NCBI GenBank assembly: GCA_019637585.1 | Contig: JAHBVL010000009.1 | Span: forward strand, 1,222 to 65,221 | Origin: Thermomicrobiales bacterium | GTDB lineage: Bacteria > Chloroflexota > Chloroflexia > Thermomicrobiales > UBA6265 | Direction: 5' to 3' | Length of the DNA: 64,000 bases | Shown: piece by piece, positions 19,512 to 28,875 of the stretch | Layout: each line of letters begins with the position of its first letter | Numbering within the stretch: the stretch's first letter is position 1 | Made by a program: the position numbers and the translations under genes | The notes under the pieces: model-generated | The model's input: the letters and a program-made list of their open reading frames with translations, nothing else | Database searches by the model: none | Told to the model about the DNA's origin: nothing

Positions 19512-20423
19512 ATGGCGGAGCGGGTTGGATTCATCGGTTTGGGCATTATGGGCAAGCCGATGGCTGGTCATTTGCTGAGCGCCGGATACGAGGTCGTTGC
19601 GCATAGCCGGACTCGGTCGAAAGTCGACGATCTCTGCGCGGCCTATCCCGCTGCGACTGCCGCCAGCTCCCCGCGGGAGGTTGCCGAACAGTCGACGATC
19701 GTCATCACCATGCTTCCCGATACGCCTGACGTGCAATCGGTGATGTTCGGCGGCGATGGTCTGGCCGGATCGCTGCAGCCGGGTTCGCTCTATATCGACA
19801 TGAGCACAATCAGCCCGGCGGCGGCGGCCGATATCGCCGGACAGCTCAGCGAGCGAGGCGTCGCCTCGCTCGATGCGCCGGTCAGCGGTGGCGAAGCGGG
19901 AGCGATCAACGCCGCGCTCAGCATCATGGTCGGTGGATCGCAGGAATCGTTCGATCGGGCCATGCCATTGTTCGAAGTCATGGGCAAGACGATCGTCCTG
20001 ATGGGTGGCCCCGGCGCGGGGCAAACGACCAAGGCCTGCAATCAGATCATGGTGGCACTGCACTACGCGGCGGCCAGCGAAGCGCTGGTTCTGGGCGCCA
20101 AAGCTGGTGTCGACCCGGCCAAGATGGTCCAGGTGCTGGGTGGCGGCCTGGCAGCCAGCCGGGTATTGGAGCTGAAGGGTCAGAAGATGATCGACCACGA
20201 CTTCCAGCCCGGTTTCCGTATCGACCTGCATCGCAAAGACCTGGCCATCGCGCTCGCCGCCGGCAAAACCGAGGGCGTGCCCTTGCTGGCGACGGCCGTC
20301 GTCGATCAGCTCTTCCAGGCCGCGGCCGCCGCAGGTCGCGGCAGCCTCGATCATTCGGCGTTGATGTCGGTCTATGAGGACATGGCCCGCTTCGCGGTAA
20401 GTCGCATAGAGGTTGAGGAATAG
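19512..20423 (+). CDS. garR: 2-hydroxy-3-oxopropionate (tartronate semialdehyde) reductase, GarR/GlxR family
   Basis: GFIGLGIMGKPMA, DMSTISP, DAPVSGG, GQTTKACNQ, PGFRIDLHRKDL; next to hyi. Confidence 0.85.
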   Translation: MAERVGFIGLGIMGKPMAGHLLSAGYEVVAHSRTRSKVDDLCAAYPAATAASSPREVAEQSTIVITMLPDTPDVQSVMFGGDGLAGSLQPGSLYIDMSTISPAAAADIAGQLSERGVASLDAPVSGGEAGAINAALSIMVGGSQESFDRAMPLFEVMGKTIVLMGGPGAGQTTKACNQIMVALHYAAASEALVLGAKAGVDPAKMVQVLGGGLAASRVLELKGQKMIDHDFQPGFRIDLHRKDLAIALAAGKTEGVPLLATAVVDQLFQAAAAAGRGSLDHSALMSVYEDMARFAVSRIEVEE

Positions 20424-20451
20424 CAGTCAGCAGTCGGTAGTCAGCCGTCAG
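20424..20451 (+). repeat. Heptamer array (CAGTCRG-like)x4 starting at the stop codon
   Basis: TAG CAGTCAG CAGTCGG TAGTCAG CCGTCAG. Confidence 0.75.
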
Positions 20452-20487
20452 ATGGACCGTACTTGGGGTATCTTGCCGACTGGCCGT

Positions 20488-21210
20488 CTAGCCGACTCGT
20501 CCTTTCTTCCATTCGTCGAACGCGGCACGCGTCTCGTCATTCGGTGGATAGGTGCCGGGTAGAGCGGCGCCATCCTGGACTCGCTCGATGATGAAACGCT
20601 CCATCTCTTCCTGATCGGCTGCGGGCTGGGCGATTTCGGCCGCCAGATGACGGGGGATCACGACGACGCCTTCTTCGTCGCCCACCAGGATGTCTCCCGG
20701 GAAGACCGCGACGCCGGCGCAAGCGATCGGCACATTGACCGCTACCGCGTGATGAACCGCCAGACTGATCGTGGCCGAGCGTCCGGCGACGAATACCGGA
20801 AAGGGCATCTGTTCGATATCGGGTGAGTCGCGGATCGCTCCGTCGCTGACCAGCGCCACCGCGCCCCGCTTGCAAGCCCGCGTCACCAGGATGCCTCCTG
20901 CGTTGGCGGCGCGTAGCTCACCGCGACACTCGAACACCAGCACCTGACCCGGTCCGACCGATTCGATCGCTTGTCGCTGCGGATGATTGGGGTCCTTGAA
21001 CGCGTCGACGACATCCAGGTCCTCGCGAGCGGGGATGTTGCGCAGCGTCAGCGCTTCACCGACGAATCGCGCATGTTCAGGATTGAGCGGCCGCAATCCG
21101 TTCAGAAATGTGTTGCGCAAACCCCGCTGAAAGAGCTGGGTTGTGATGGTCGCGGTGCTGGCCCGGGCCAGGGTGTCGAGTGTCGACTGTTCGATCGTGA
21201 TCTCCGTCAT
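20488..21210 (-). CDS. RraA/HMG-aldolase family protein
   Basis: STATITTQL, GEALTLR, GGIL, DGAIRD, VFPGDILVGDEEGVVVIP. GGAGGAG RBS. Confidence 0.85.
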   Translation of the reverse strand: MTEITIEQSTLDTLARASTATITTQLFQRGLRNTFLNGLRPLNPEHARFVGEALTLRNIPAREDLDVVDAFKDPNHPQRQAIESVGPGQVLVFECRGELRAANAGGILVTRACKRGAVALVSDGAIRDSPDIEQMPFPVFVAGRSATISLAVHHAVAVNVPIACAGVAVFPGDILVGDEEGVVVIPRHLAAEIAQPAADQEEMERFIIERVQDGAALPGTYPPNDETRAAFDEWKKGRVG

Positions 21211-21302
21211 GAGCGTTCTCCTCCAAAATCGCAACGACGCAATTCCCGGCATTGTCTGTCACAATCGCCACATTGTCAGCGCCTGCGCGGAGGAGCCAGA
21301 GG

Positions 21303-22079
21303 GTGAACACGAATCCCGTCAAAGCAAAACTCAAAGCCGGAGAATGGGTGAGCGGCCCCATCATCGAAGAGATCTTTTCGGTCGGCGGGGTTCGCATGCT
21401 GGCGAATGCCGGTCACGATTTTCTCTGGTTCGATACCGAACATAACATGTACAACTGGGAAACGCTTCTGACGGTCGTGCAGTTTTCACGGGCTATCGGC
21501 ATCACTCCGTTGGTGCGGGTGACCGATCTCTCGTACGCCAACATCGCTCGAGCGCTCGATACCGGTGCGCTGGGGGTGATCGTGCCGCGGGTCGACACCC
21601 GCGAGCAGGTCGAGGCGGCGGTCAGCTATGCGAAATACCCCCCCGTGGGACGGCGCGGCGCCGGCGGTATGGCGCGCAACGCCTATCTGCCGAAGAGCGC
21701 CGGAGAAGCCGTGGAGTGGGGCAACGCGGAAACGATGGTCGTTGTGCAGATCGAATCACCCGAAGGAGCGGAGCGAGCCGAGGAGTTCGCCCAGGTGCCG
21801 GGTGTCGATGTCCTTTGCATCGGTCCGCAGGATCTTTCGATCAACATGGGGATACCGGGCAAATTTGATGATCCAGGCTTTATCGACACCATCGCCGGTG
21901 TGGCCAAAGCGGCGGAAAAGCACGGTCTCGCCTGTGGGATGGTCAACCGGGACGCATCGACGTTCAAGCTCTGGCACTCGATCGGATGTCGCTTCCTCGT
22001 CTGCAACAGCGATCTGAGTCTGATCGCGCAGCAGGCCACGAGGGATAGAGCGACGTTGAACGAAGCGCTGCCGAAGTAG
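21303..22079 (+). CDS. HpcH/HpaI aldolase family protein (GarL-like)
   Basis: FDTEH, PLVRV, LDTGALGVIVPRV, YPPVGRRG, VQIES, GVDVLCIGPQDLS. Confidence 0.88.
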   Translation: MNTNPVKAKLKAGEWVSGPIIEEIFSVGGVRMLANAGHDFLWFDTEHNMYNWETLLTVVQFSRAIGITPLVRVTDLSYANIARALDTGALGVIVPRVDTREQVEAAVSYAKYPPVGRRGAGGMARNAYLPKSAGEAVEWGNAETMVVVQIESPEGAERAEEFAQVPGVDVLCIGPQDLSINMGIPGKFDDPGFIDTIAGVAKAAEKHGLACGMVNRDASTFKLWHSIGCRFLVCNSDLSLIAQQATRDRATLNEALPK

Positions 22080-22282
22080 TCCGGAGTCCGAGGTCCGAAG
22101 ATTCTCCCTCTCCCGCGGTCGGGAGAGGGTCGGGGTGAGGGATATGCCCGCGGTCGGGAGAGGGTCGGGGTGAGGGATATCCCCGCGGTCGGGAGAGGGG
22201 TCGCGTCGGGCCACAGGTGCCCGAACTACGCTTTTCCGGCCCCCGGCCCCCGGCCCCCGGCCCCCGGCCCCCGGCCCCCGGC
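22080..22282. repeat. Composite intergenic repeat: heptamers, three 35-bp family E units (CCCGCGGTCGGGAGAGGGTCGGGGTGAGGG), an inverted REP-B and (CCGGCCC)x6
   Basis: E units at 22112, 22147 and 22182; REP-B reverse complement at 22207-22229; heptamer run 22236-22282. Confidence 0.9.
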
Positions 22283-24226
22283 CTACGAACAACAATGATG
22301 CCCATTCTTGTGCGCGACGGGCTCCGGCAGATCGAGCGCCGGGTTCTGATCGAAGAAACCGGACGGCATGAGCATGAAGCGGGCATAGGCCACCGGCATG
22401 ACCGGCCAGTCTTCCGGTCGTGGCTGATGATGCGACCCGAGCGTGTACCAGACCACGATGTCGGTATCCTCGATCGAGCGATTCTGTGCGGTGTAGGCCG
22501 GCAGACCGCCGCCGCCCGGGTGCTGGTTGGGGTAGTCCCCGGCCGCGAAGATCTCGCCGTCGGTTTGCGGGGTGACCCAGAGATGCTTCGTGATGAAGGT
22601 GGCGCGCCGGGCGATGCTCGAATCGGCTCCTGAGAACGAACCGACATTCCCCGATGGCACCAGGCGGTAACCAACTGGCTCGCCAATCCCGTTTGTCACA
22701 TCCGGATTGATGACTTTCCAGGTCCGGCCACGCAGCGGGTCGACGAGCTGTTGCGCTTCGTGTTCCGTTTTCAGCACGGTTTTGACATTCCGGAATGCTG
22801 ACCTGACCGGGTTGCCCGGTCCTGGTGGATCGGCTTCGCCATGCTCCTCGATGATCGAATTGGTCAACCCATCGATATCCAGATCGAGCCGGAAATTGAA
22901 GAAGTGCTGATGGATCGGGCCATAGAGTCCGGTTTCGTTCAGAAGCTGGCCGTGCACCGGCGTCTGGCCGGGTTCGATGGCGCCGGTGGAGAGAATGCCG
23001 GTCAGCTTGACCTCGCACTCGATGTTGCCGTCCTGGTAGAAGTACCAGAAAAAGCCGTAGTCATAGTTGCCGATGGTCGAAAAGGATGAGACGACCAGAC
23101 GCCGCGAACGACGGATCTCGGTTTTGCCGGTCCGCCAGTTGAAGTGCCGCCAGAGCACGCCGAAGTCCTCCTCGTGCATGCAGATGGCGTTTTTCAGTAC
23201 GTAGGGGTCGCCGTGGGCATCGACCAGCGCCGCATCGAAGTAGTAGATCTCGCCCAGGCAGTCGCACCCGAGTGTCAGTGAGTTGGCCAGCGCTCCGAGA
23301 TTGAGCTCGCCGACATCGAAGGTGTTCTTGCGGGCATGGATCAGCGCGGGATCGCCATAGGGCACGACCATCTCGGACAGAGCGCCGCGATAGAGGATCG
23401 ATCGCACCCGCTGACCGTCGTCCCAGCCAACGGTGCGCAGCACCAATCCCTCCCGTGGCGAGAACGCGACACGAAGCCGCCAGTTCTGCCAGGTCACGAG
23501 ACTGCCATCGACCTCGAACGAGGCGCCCTCGGGCTGTGTGATGTCGAGCGGCCGGAGATCGGTTCGCAGTTCGCCGACATCCTCTGGCCGGTAGTTGCCC
23601 CGTTTCTGCGGAACCGGCACGACCGGGTCGAAATCGTCGATGCGCAGAATTTCCTGAGTGTTCAGGTCGAACAGAACAGCCAGATTCTCGACCGGGTGCG
23701 CGTAGCCATTGTCGTCACCGGCGCCGTCCATGACCCAGACCAGACCGCGGACATAGCGTCGCCCGGCATACTCCGTTTCATCCCCGTAGTCGCCCGTCGA
23801 CCATGGATCGACCCAGATCAGGCTCATATCGGTGACGCCACGCCGGGCCATGGCCGCCTGGAAGCGCGGATCGTCGCGCAGGACGCTTTCGATACTGAAG
23901 ATCTCCGGCATGGTGAAGGTCGGCTGTCCGGTCTCGATTCTCTTCCGGTCGATCACAGTCCCTTCGTCGAGCGAAACGAAGTACTCGTCGCTGCGATGCT
24001 CGACGCGATCGATGATCACCGCTTTGGCGACGCGTGGCAGACCCGCGGACGAACCATTCTCGACAGCCAGCACAGCGGCTTTTGGCGGTTCGGCCAGCTC
24101 CACCTGCGTGAAGAGGTAGCGATCCTTGCCGATGCCGTCCTCCCGCAGGATGCGGACAGCTTCGGTGAGCTCGTCGATGGAGAGAGGGTCCAGTACGTAG
24201 GTGGTTTGGTTCAGGACATCGACCAT
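22283..24226 (-). CDS. tynA: Copper-containing primary amine oxidase (TPQ)
   Basis: TIGNYDY (TPQ consensus), HQH copper ligands, LGCDCLG, HHQPRPEDWPVMP, GFFDQNPALD. Start inferred from the GGAGAG RBS. Confidence 0.93.
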   Translation of the reverse strand: MVDVLNQTTYVLDPLSIDELTEAVRILREDGIGKDRYLFTQVELAEPPKAAVLAVENGSSAGLPRVAKAVIIDRVEHRSDEYFVSLDEGTVIDRKRIETGQPTFTMPEIFSIESVLRDDPRFQAAMARRGVTDMSLIWVDPWSTGDYGDETEYAGRRYVRGLVWVMDGAGDDNGYAHPVENLAVLFDLNTQEILRIDDFDPVVPVPQKRGNYRPEDVGELRTDLRPLDITQPEGASFEVDGSLVTWQNWRLRVAFSPREGLVLRTVGWDDGQRVRSILYRGALSEMVVPYGDPALIHARKNTFDVGELNLGALANSLTLGCDCLGEIYYFDAALVDAHGDPYVLKNAICMHEEDFGVLWRHFNWRTGKTEIRRSRRLVVSSFSTIGNYDYGFFWYFYQDGNIECEVKLTGILSTGAIEPGQTPVHGQLLNETGLYGPIHQHFFNFRLDLDIDGLTNSIIEEHGEADPPGPGNPVRSAFRNVKTVLKTEHEAQQLVDPLRGRTWKVINPDVTNGIGEPVGYRLVPSGNVGSFSGADSSIARRATFITKHLWVTPQTDGEIFAAGDYPNQHPGGGGLPAYTAQNRSIEDTDIVVWYTLGSHHQPRPEDWPVMPVAYARFMLMPSGFFDQNPALDLPEPVAHKNGHHCCS

Positions 24227-24436
24227 CGGTTCTTCTCTCTCCTGGTGCATTGAGCTCGTCCGGCGAGGCGATACCGCGTCGCCGCACTATGATGATATCT
24301 GCGCACCGGAAATCGGTCTTCCTACGGTGAGCGTTCGTTCCGACGATTGCTGATGCTTGGGGAGTGATGTCGACGTGGATGGGGCAGCGGCCGGCACATG
24401 TCCGGCATGGTCGCCCAGGAAAGCAACAAGCGTGCC

Positions 24437-26290
24437 TCAGCCGGGCTTGCAGGCGTTGGCGTGAGCAGGATTCTCGCTGTAGCAGAAGGCGCAGGTTCCC
24501 TCCGCTGCGTCGCTCCGGCACACCGCCGTACTGAAAGTGGTGCCGGGCGCACTGAAACCGCAGACGAGACCCTGCTGACACTGGCAGCCGAATCGACAGC
24601 TCCCGCCCTGACCGACCGCGCCCGTCGCAAACGGACCGCAGTCGGTTTCTCGCAGGCACGAACCGTCGGGCTGGCATGTGGCCGTCTGGCACTGTGGATT
24701 CGGCGCATCGCAGTCAGATCGCAAGGTGCAGACGAAGCCGTTGCACGCGCCGGTTTCACACGGGCCAAACAATGGGCGGCAGTCGTCGAAGGAGCAACAA
24801 TTGCCTCCCTGTCGAAAGACTCCGTTGCAGCAAATGCCGCCCTGAACCGGCTGATTCTGCAGGGTTGTGTATTCGCAGCTTCCCGTTGACGCATTGCAGA
24901 TGGCGGATTCACAGGGGTATCGAGGCTGGCACGCTGAAGCAGGGCAATGGTTGCCTGAACAGGTACCGCCTGTCGAACAGCTATCTACCGCCGGACAGGC
25001 AGTTCCGTTGCAGCACACGCCGCCTTGAACGAACTCTCCGTTGTTGCAACACACGCCACCGGTGACGATCGTTCCGTTCGCTCGCGGCGTATCGCCGCAG
25101 CCAGTGGCAGCATTGCAGCTGGGTTCGCGGCAGGGGTTGTTGGTTGTGCACTCGATATTCTCCGCGACGCCACACACGCCGGAAGGTGGGCATACGCCAA
25201 CATCGAAATAGAGCAGACCCCCGGACCTGATGCACCGGTTGCACGCAATGGAGGTTGCGCAACAGGTGTCCTGCGCCTCGGCACAGGTGACGCCACAGCA
25301 CTTCCCGAAGCAGCACGTGCCGCCGCAGGGAACGCTGCCGCCAGAACATGTTACCGGCGGGACAGTCGTGCTGGTCGTCGTGGTCGTCGTGGTCGTCGTG
25401 GTTGTCGTGGTTGTCGTGGAGGTCGTCGTTGTGGGGCAGTCGCACATGCCCGCGCTGCAGATGCAGTCGTCGAATGGACAGTCGTCATCGCTGCAGCATC
25501 CTTCGGTCGGGTCGAAACAGCTGAAGGTACGTCCCTCACTTGTCGTTTGCTCGCAACACTGGAGGCCATCGGGGCAGCAGTGATTATCGCTGCCGGAGCA
25601 GCATGAGGCTCCCGGCTCGCACGTCGAACCGGGCACGCAATCGAATCCGCGACACACGCCAACCCGGCACTGGGAAGGATTGGTATCGTGGTTGCACTCA
25701 TCGTCGGTGCAACATTGCGTCTCGGTCAGGCAGATGGGGCTCCCGTCATCGAGATGGCAGCAGGCCGGAGTCGCGCCGGCGCAACAGAGCCCGCGCGTGT
25801 AGTCATTGCGGTCCGGGCAATAGGTCGCGGTCGGTGGACAGCAGGTCCGATCGAAACCAATGGCCGTCCCGCCATGGGGCGTGAAGCAGACCCCACCGCA
25901 ACAGCCGCCGTCACAGGTCAACCCAGCAGGACAGCACGCTTCTTCCGCGGCGCCCGAATAGACCCGCGAAAGACACACCGCGCCGTGAACGCAACATTCG
26001 CGGTCGCAGCATTGCAACTCGCCTTCGTGGCAGCATTCTCGCCCGCACCGAGCGAATGGCGATGGGCAGGGTTCAACGGTGGTCGTCGTTGGGGCGGGTG
26101 TCGTCGCAGGAGGCGGGGACGGGGGATCGGGTGGTGGGGGAATGACCGGGCGAGTTCTCACGGTGCGAGCGTCGGCCTGTTCAAGCGATGCCGCAGCTGC
26201 GCCAAGACCGAACAACCCCTTCAGGATGGTGCGGCGAGAAGCTCCATTGGCGACGAGCTGAGCGAGATGGTCGAACCGCTTCTGGTCCAT
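24437..26290 (-). CDS. Very Cys-rich secreted protein with an MDxxRFD..SRR (Tat-like) leader, Pro-rich and poly-Thr linkers
   Basis: MDQKRFDHLAQLVANGASRRTILKGLFGLGAAA; about 94 Cys by hand count, many as CC; central run of about 22 Thr. Confidence 0.85.
   Translation of the reverse strand: MDQKRFDHLAQLVANGASRRTILKGLFGLGAAAASLEQADARTVRTRPVIPPPPDPPSPPPATTPAPTTTTVEPCPSPFARCGRECCHEGELQCCDRECCVHGAVCLSRVYSGAAEEACCPAGLTCDGGCCGGVCFTPHGGTAIGFDRTCCPPTATYCPDRNDYTRGLCCAGATPACCHLDDGSPICLTETQCCTDDECNHDTNPSQCRVGVCRGFDCVPGSTCEPGASCCSGSDNHCCPDGLQCCEQTTSEGRTFSCFDPTEGCCSDDDCPFDDCICSAGMCDCPTTTTSTTTTTTTTTTTTTTTSTTVPPVTCSGGSVPCGGTCCFGKCCGVTCAEAQDTCCATSIACNRCIRSGGLLYFDVGVCPPSGVCGVAENIECTTNNPCREPSCNAATGCGDTPRANGTIVTGGVCCNNGEFVQGGVCCNGTACPAVDSCSTGGTCSGNHCPASACQPRYPCESAICNASTGSCEYTTLQNQPVQGGICCNGVFRQGGNCCSFDDCRPLFGPCETGACNGFVCTLRSDCDAPNPQCQTATCQPDGSCLRETDCGPFATGAVGQGGSCRFGCQCQQGLVCGFSAPGTTFSTAVCRSDAAEGTCAFCYSENPAHANACKPG
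25365..25432 (-). repeat. Coding low-complexity repeat (9-bp period) encoding poly-Thr
   Basis: GTGGTYGTC repeats on the + strand. Confidence 0.85.
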
Positions 26291-26509
26291 AACGGCTAAG
26301 CCCCCGAACGAGTAGGTTTTCCGCGAGCGGGCGATCGCAATGTTCACCCGGATTGTCTGGACTGCACCTGCAACCTTCACCCGAGACCCACAAAAAGTCA
26401 ACTCGGAGCCGTCGCGAGGTGGTCTCTATCCCGTTTTCTCGGGACTGGCAGGGTGGTTCAACCGCGGTGGCAAACGGAGGGGGGAGATGTGCTGACACCG
26501 GGCAGACGA

Positions 26510-28693
26510 TCAGTGAACGATAGCCGCGATCTCGATTCGCAGCCGGATGGTGAACGATGCCGGCGCCCGAACGGGCAGGGTCAGCGTCCCCTCTTCGTTC
26601 GTTCGCGTTGTGTACTGCTCGTCGATGCCGCCGCTCATCCTCACCCGATAGCACTGCTCCGCGACGAGGTGTTCGATGGTCAGATAGCTGTAGGCAACGG
26701 CTCTGAGCTCCACCGCGATGTCGCCGTTGTCGTGCGCTTGCACGGCGTCCAGAATGGTCAATTCTCTGCTGTTCGATTGTGAGATCAGGGGACAGCTGCT
26801 GGCGTCGCTCGACGGGCGCAGAGCGACGACCGCACCGGCTGGCAACGAGGGCAGGGTGAAGGTCGACTCGTCGACGATGTGAATGCAGGAGAAACCCTCT
26901 CCGTCGACTCGTCCCACGGGACCGGGCAAGGTCGCCATGAGCCCGGTGATGGCGTCCTCGCCGGTGTTGCCGGCAAGGATCGATGTGCCGTCCGCTCCCA
27001 CCCGGAATCGAGCGGCTTCGTACGCATTCAACGTCTCATAGACTGCCTGTTTGGTGGCCACGCCGTAGCCATGCCGGTCGGCCGACAGGGCGAGGTACTG
27101 GACGTGCGGCAGTGAGCCGCGAGGCCTCTCCTGGCTCGCCTTTATGGCGTCCTGCGGATGATATTGAACGGTGAAGACCCCATTCGGCAGTGTGGTCTTC
27201 CGGAAGAGATCGTCGATGCGGTCGAAATCGCATTCACTCTCTTTGGTCGAGTCCCAGCCTCGCAGAGTCCGGTGCTGGGTCGTCGTCGTGACCACTGGAT
27301 GAAATGGGAACCACCATCCTGGCACCGCGCCGCTGGTCCAGTTTTCGGCTCGATAGCGGGTGGAATAGGTGACCGGCTGCCCGAGCCAGCTCGCCCCGGT
27401 GTCCGTTTCGCCATATTCGATCACTTGTAGCACGCTGAATGTGCAGAGCCCCAGCAAAGCTGGGAAGTGGTCGTAGAGATAGTCCATGGCATCGAGCGTT
27501 TCTGGATGGCGGTGGAATCCGTAGTGGCGGCCCGCCGTGAGCGATTCGATGCCGAGGCGCTGATCCCCCTCACGGAAATGCTCGTACATCTCCCGCCCGG
27601 CAACGTAGATCGGCGGCTGGCCGGTGAATCCGTCGTTGTGCAGTCCGACTTCGATCAGATTCGACTGCCGGCAGGCCGCGATCCAGGTCTGGCTCGCCGA
27701 TTCGGTCGTGTGTTCCGGTGAGACGACCGGATCGAGCACAACATAGGTCGCCGGGACATGGTTCGCGAGCTGCCAATCGAGCATGGAGAGATCGACGGCA
27801 TCGCCCGGACTGACATCGGTGTCGTGCCGAAAGACCACCATGCCCCGGTAGGTTCCGAAACTCCTGAGCTGGTGGGAGAAGAGTCGCCCGGCAGTCCCTT
27901 CGTCGAGCGCCCAGCGGACTGCCGCGCCTACCTCGTCGAGCAAATGGGAGGGATCGACCCGGTCACGCAGCGTGTCGACGTTCATCTGTGCCTGAATGCC
28001 GCCGCCGATGAACTCGAACACCGGGTTGGCGAACAAGAGGGTGCGGTCGGTCAGAACGATGCCGTCTCCAAGCTGGGTATCCCCGCGCTCGTGTCCGTCC
28101 GCCGATTCGCCAGTCTGCCAGAGACGGCCGAGAACGCGAGAGGATGCCGCCGCCGTTCCCCGCAGGACAGGATGCCCGTGGTAACCGGATACGAGAATCT
28201 GATCGCTCCACCGGCGCACAGACGAGTCGGCGACATCAGTGGCAACCGTCCATCCGGTGTGCCCGCTGGGGACGATCGTCTCGCAGTCCGCCATGCCGAT
28301 CAGGGCAGGGGGGAGATTCGTCGGTCCAGAGATGACGAGAAATCGATCTGTGCCCGGTTCACTCAGCCAGGACGTGATGTGTTGTATCGCCTCCTCGTTC
28401 ACCGACCCGCAGCTGGAGAGAAAGAGCGTCTGGTACTCGGGCAGACATCCCTCACAGATGTCGCGCTCGCTGATGACATCATGTTTGATGTTGCAGCGAT
28501 TGAGAAAGGTCGATGTCCCGGCCGGCGCCAGATAGGCGTACCAGCTCTTCAGCCATTCATGTGCTTCTCCGCTCGCGCCCTGAAAGGTATAGATCGCTCC
28601 GGTCTTCCTCGCTTCCTCGCGATTCGCGGCCAGTGTCGACTCGCTGAAGAGCACGGCAACGTTCTGCCGTAGGGAATGGGCCGGGCTTGCCAT
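26510..28693 (-). CDS. Uncharacterised 727-aa protein with a probable polysaccharide-deacetylase-like barrel
   Basis: Long ORF with AGGA RBS; VFRHDTD, EVGLH and GRHYG spaced like CE4/NodB-related metal motifs (inference). Confidence 0.7.
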   Translation of the reverse strand: MASPAHSLRQNVAVLFSESTLAANREEARKTGAIYTFQGASGEAHEWLKSWYAYLAPAGTSTFLNRCNIKHDVISERDICEGCLPEYQTLFLSSCGSVNEEAIQHITSWLSEPGTDRFLVISGPTNLPPALIGMADCETIVPSGHTGWTVATDVADSSVRRWSDQILVSGYHGHPVLRGTAAASSRVLGRLWQTGESADGHERGDTQLGDGIVLTDRTLLFANPVFEFIGGGIQAQMNVDTLRDRVDPSHLLDEVGAAVRWALDEGTAGRLFSHQLRSFGTYRGMVVFRHDTDVSPGDAVDLSMLDWQLANHVPATYVVLDPVVSPEHTTESASQTWIAACRQSNLIEVGLHNDGFTGQPPIYVAGREMYEHFREGDQRLGIESLTAGRHYGFHRHPETLDAMDYLYDHFPALLGLCTFSVLQVIEYGETDTGASWLGQPVTYSTRYRAENWTSGAVPGWWFPFHPVVTTTTQHRTLRGWDSTKESECDFDRIDDLFRKTTLPNGVFTVQYHPQDAIKASQERPRGSLPHVQYLALSADRHGYGVATKQAVYETLNAYEAARFRVGADGTSILAGNTGEDAITGLMATLPGPVGRVDGEGFSCIHIVDESTFTLPSLPAGAVVALRPSSDASSCPLISQSNSRELTILDAVQAHDNGDIAVELRAVAYSYLTIEHLVAEQCYRVRMSGGIDEQYTTRTNEEGTLTLPVRAPASFTIRLRIEIAAIVH

Positions 28694-28767
28694 AGGGTTT
28701 CCTGCTCCTGGGGTCAGTGTTTGACAGCCACGTCGATCACCGGGGTTTGACGAAAGTCCTGCGATCG

Positions 28768-28793
28768 AATATTGTATCAAATATTTGTAATAA
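28768..28793. promoter_or_regulatory. AT-rich imperfect palindrome between divergent genes (candidate operator)
   Basis: AATATT-GTATCA-AATATT-TGTAATAA in an otherwise GC-rich background. Confidence 0.45.
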
Positions 28794-28875
28794 CCCGATC
28801 GATTGGAGAAGAGTTTTCCTGGGTCGTGAGTGGTATCTGTGGAGTTCCGCTGAACAGCGGGAGAGGAGCAGTATC

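Noticed and set aside
24398-25606. Plus-strand ORFs, including the poly-Val ORF 25230-25583
   Set aside because: Antisense reading of the poly-Thr/Cys-rich gene, which has the credible leader and RBS.
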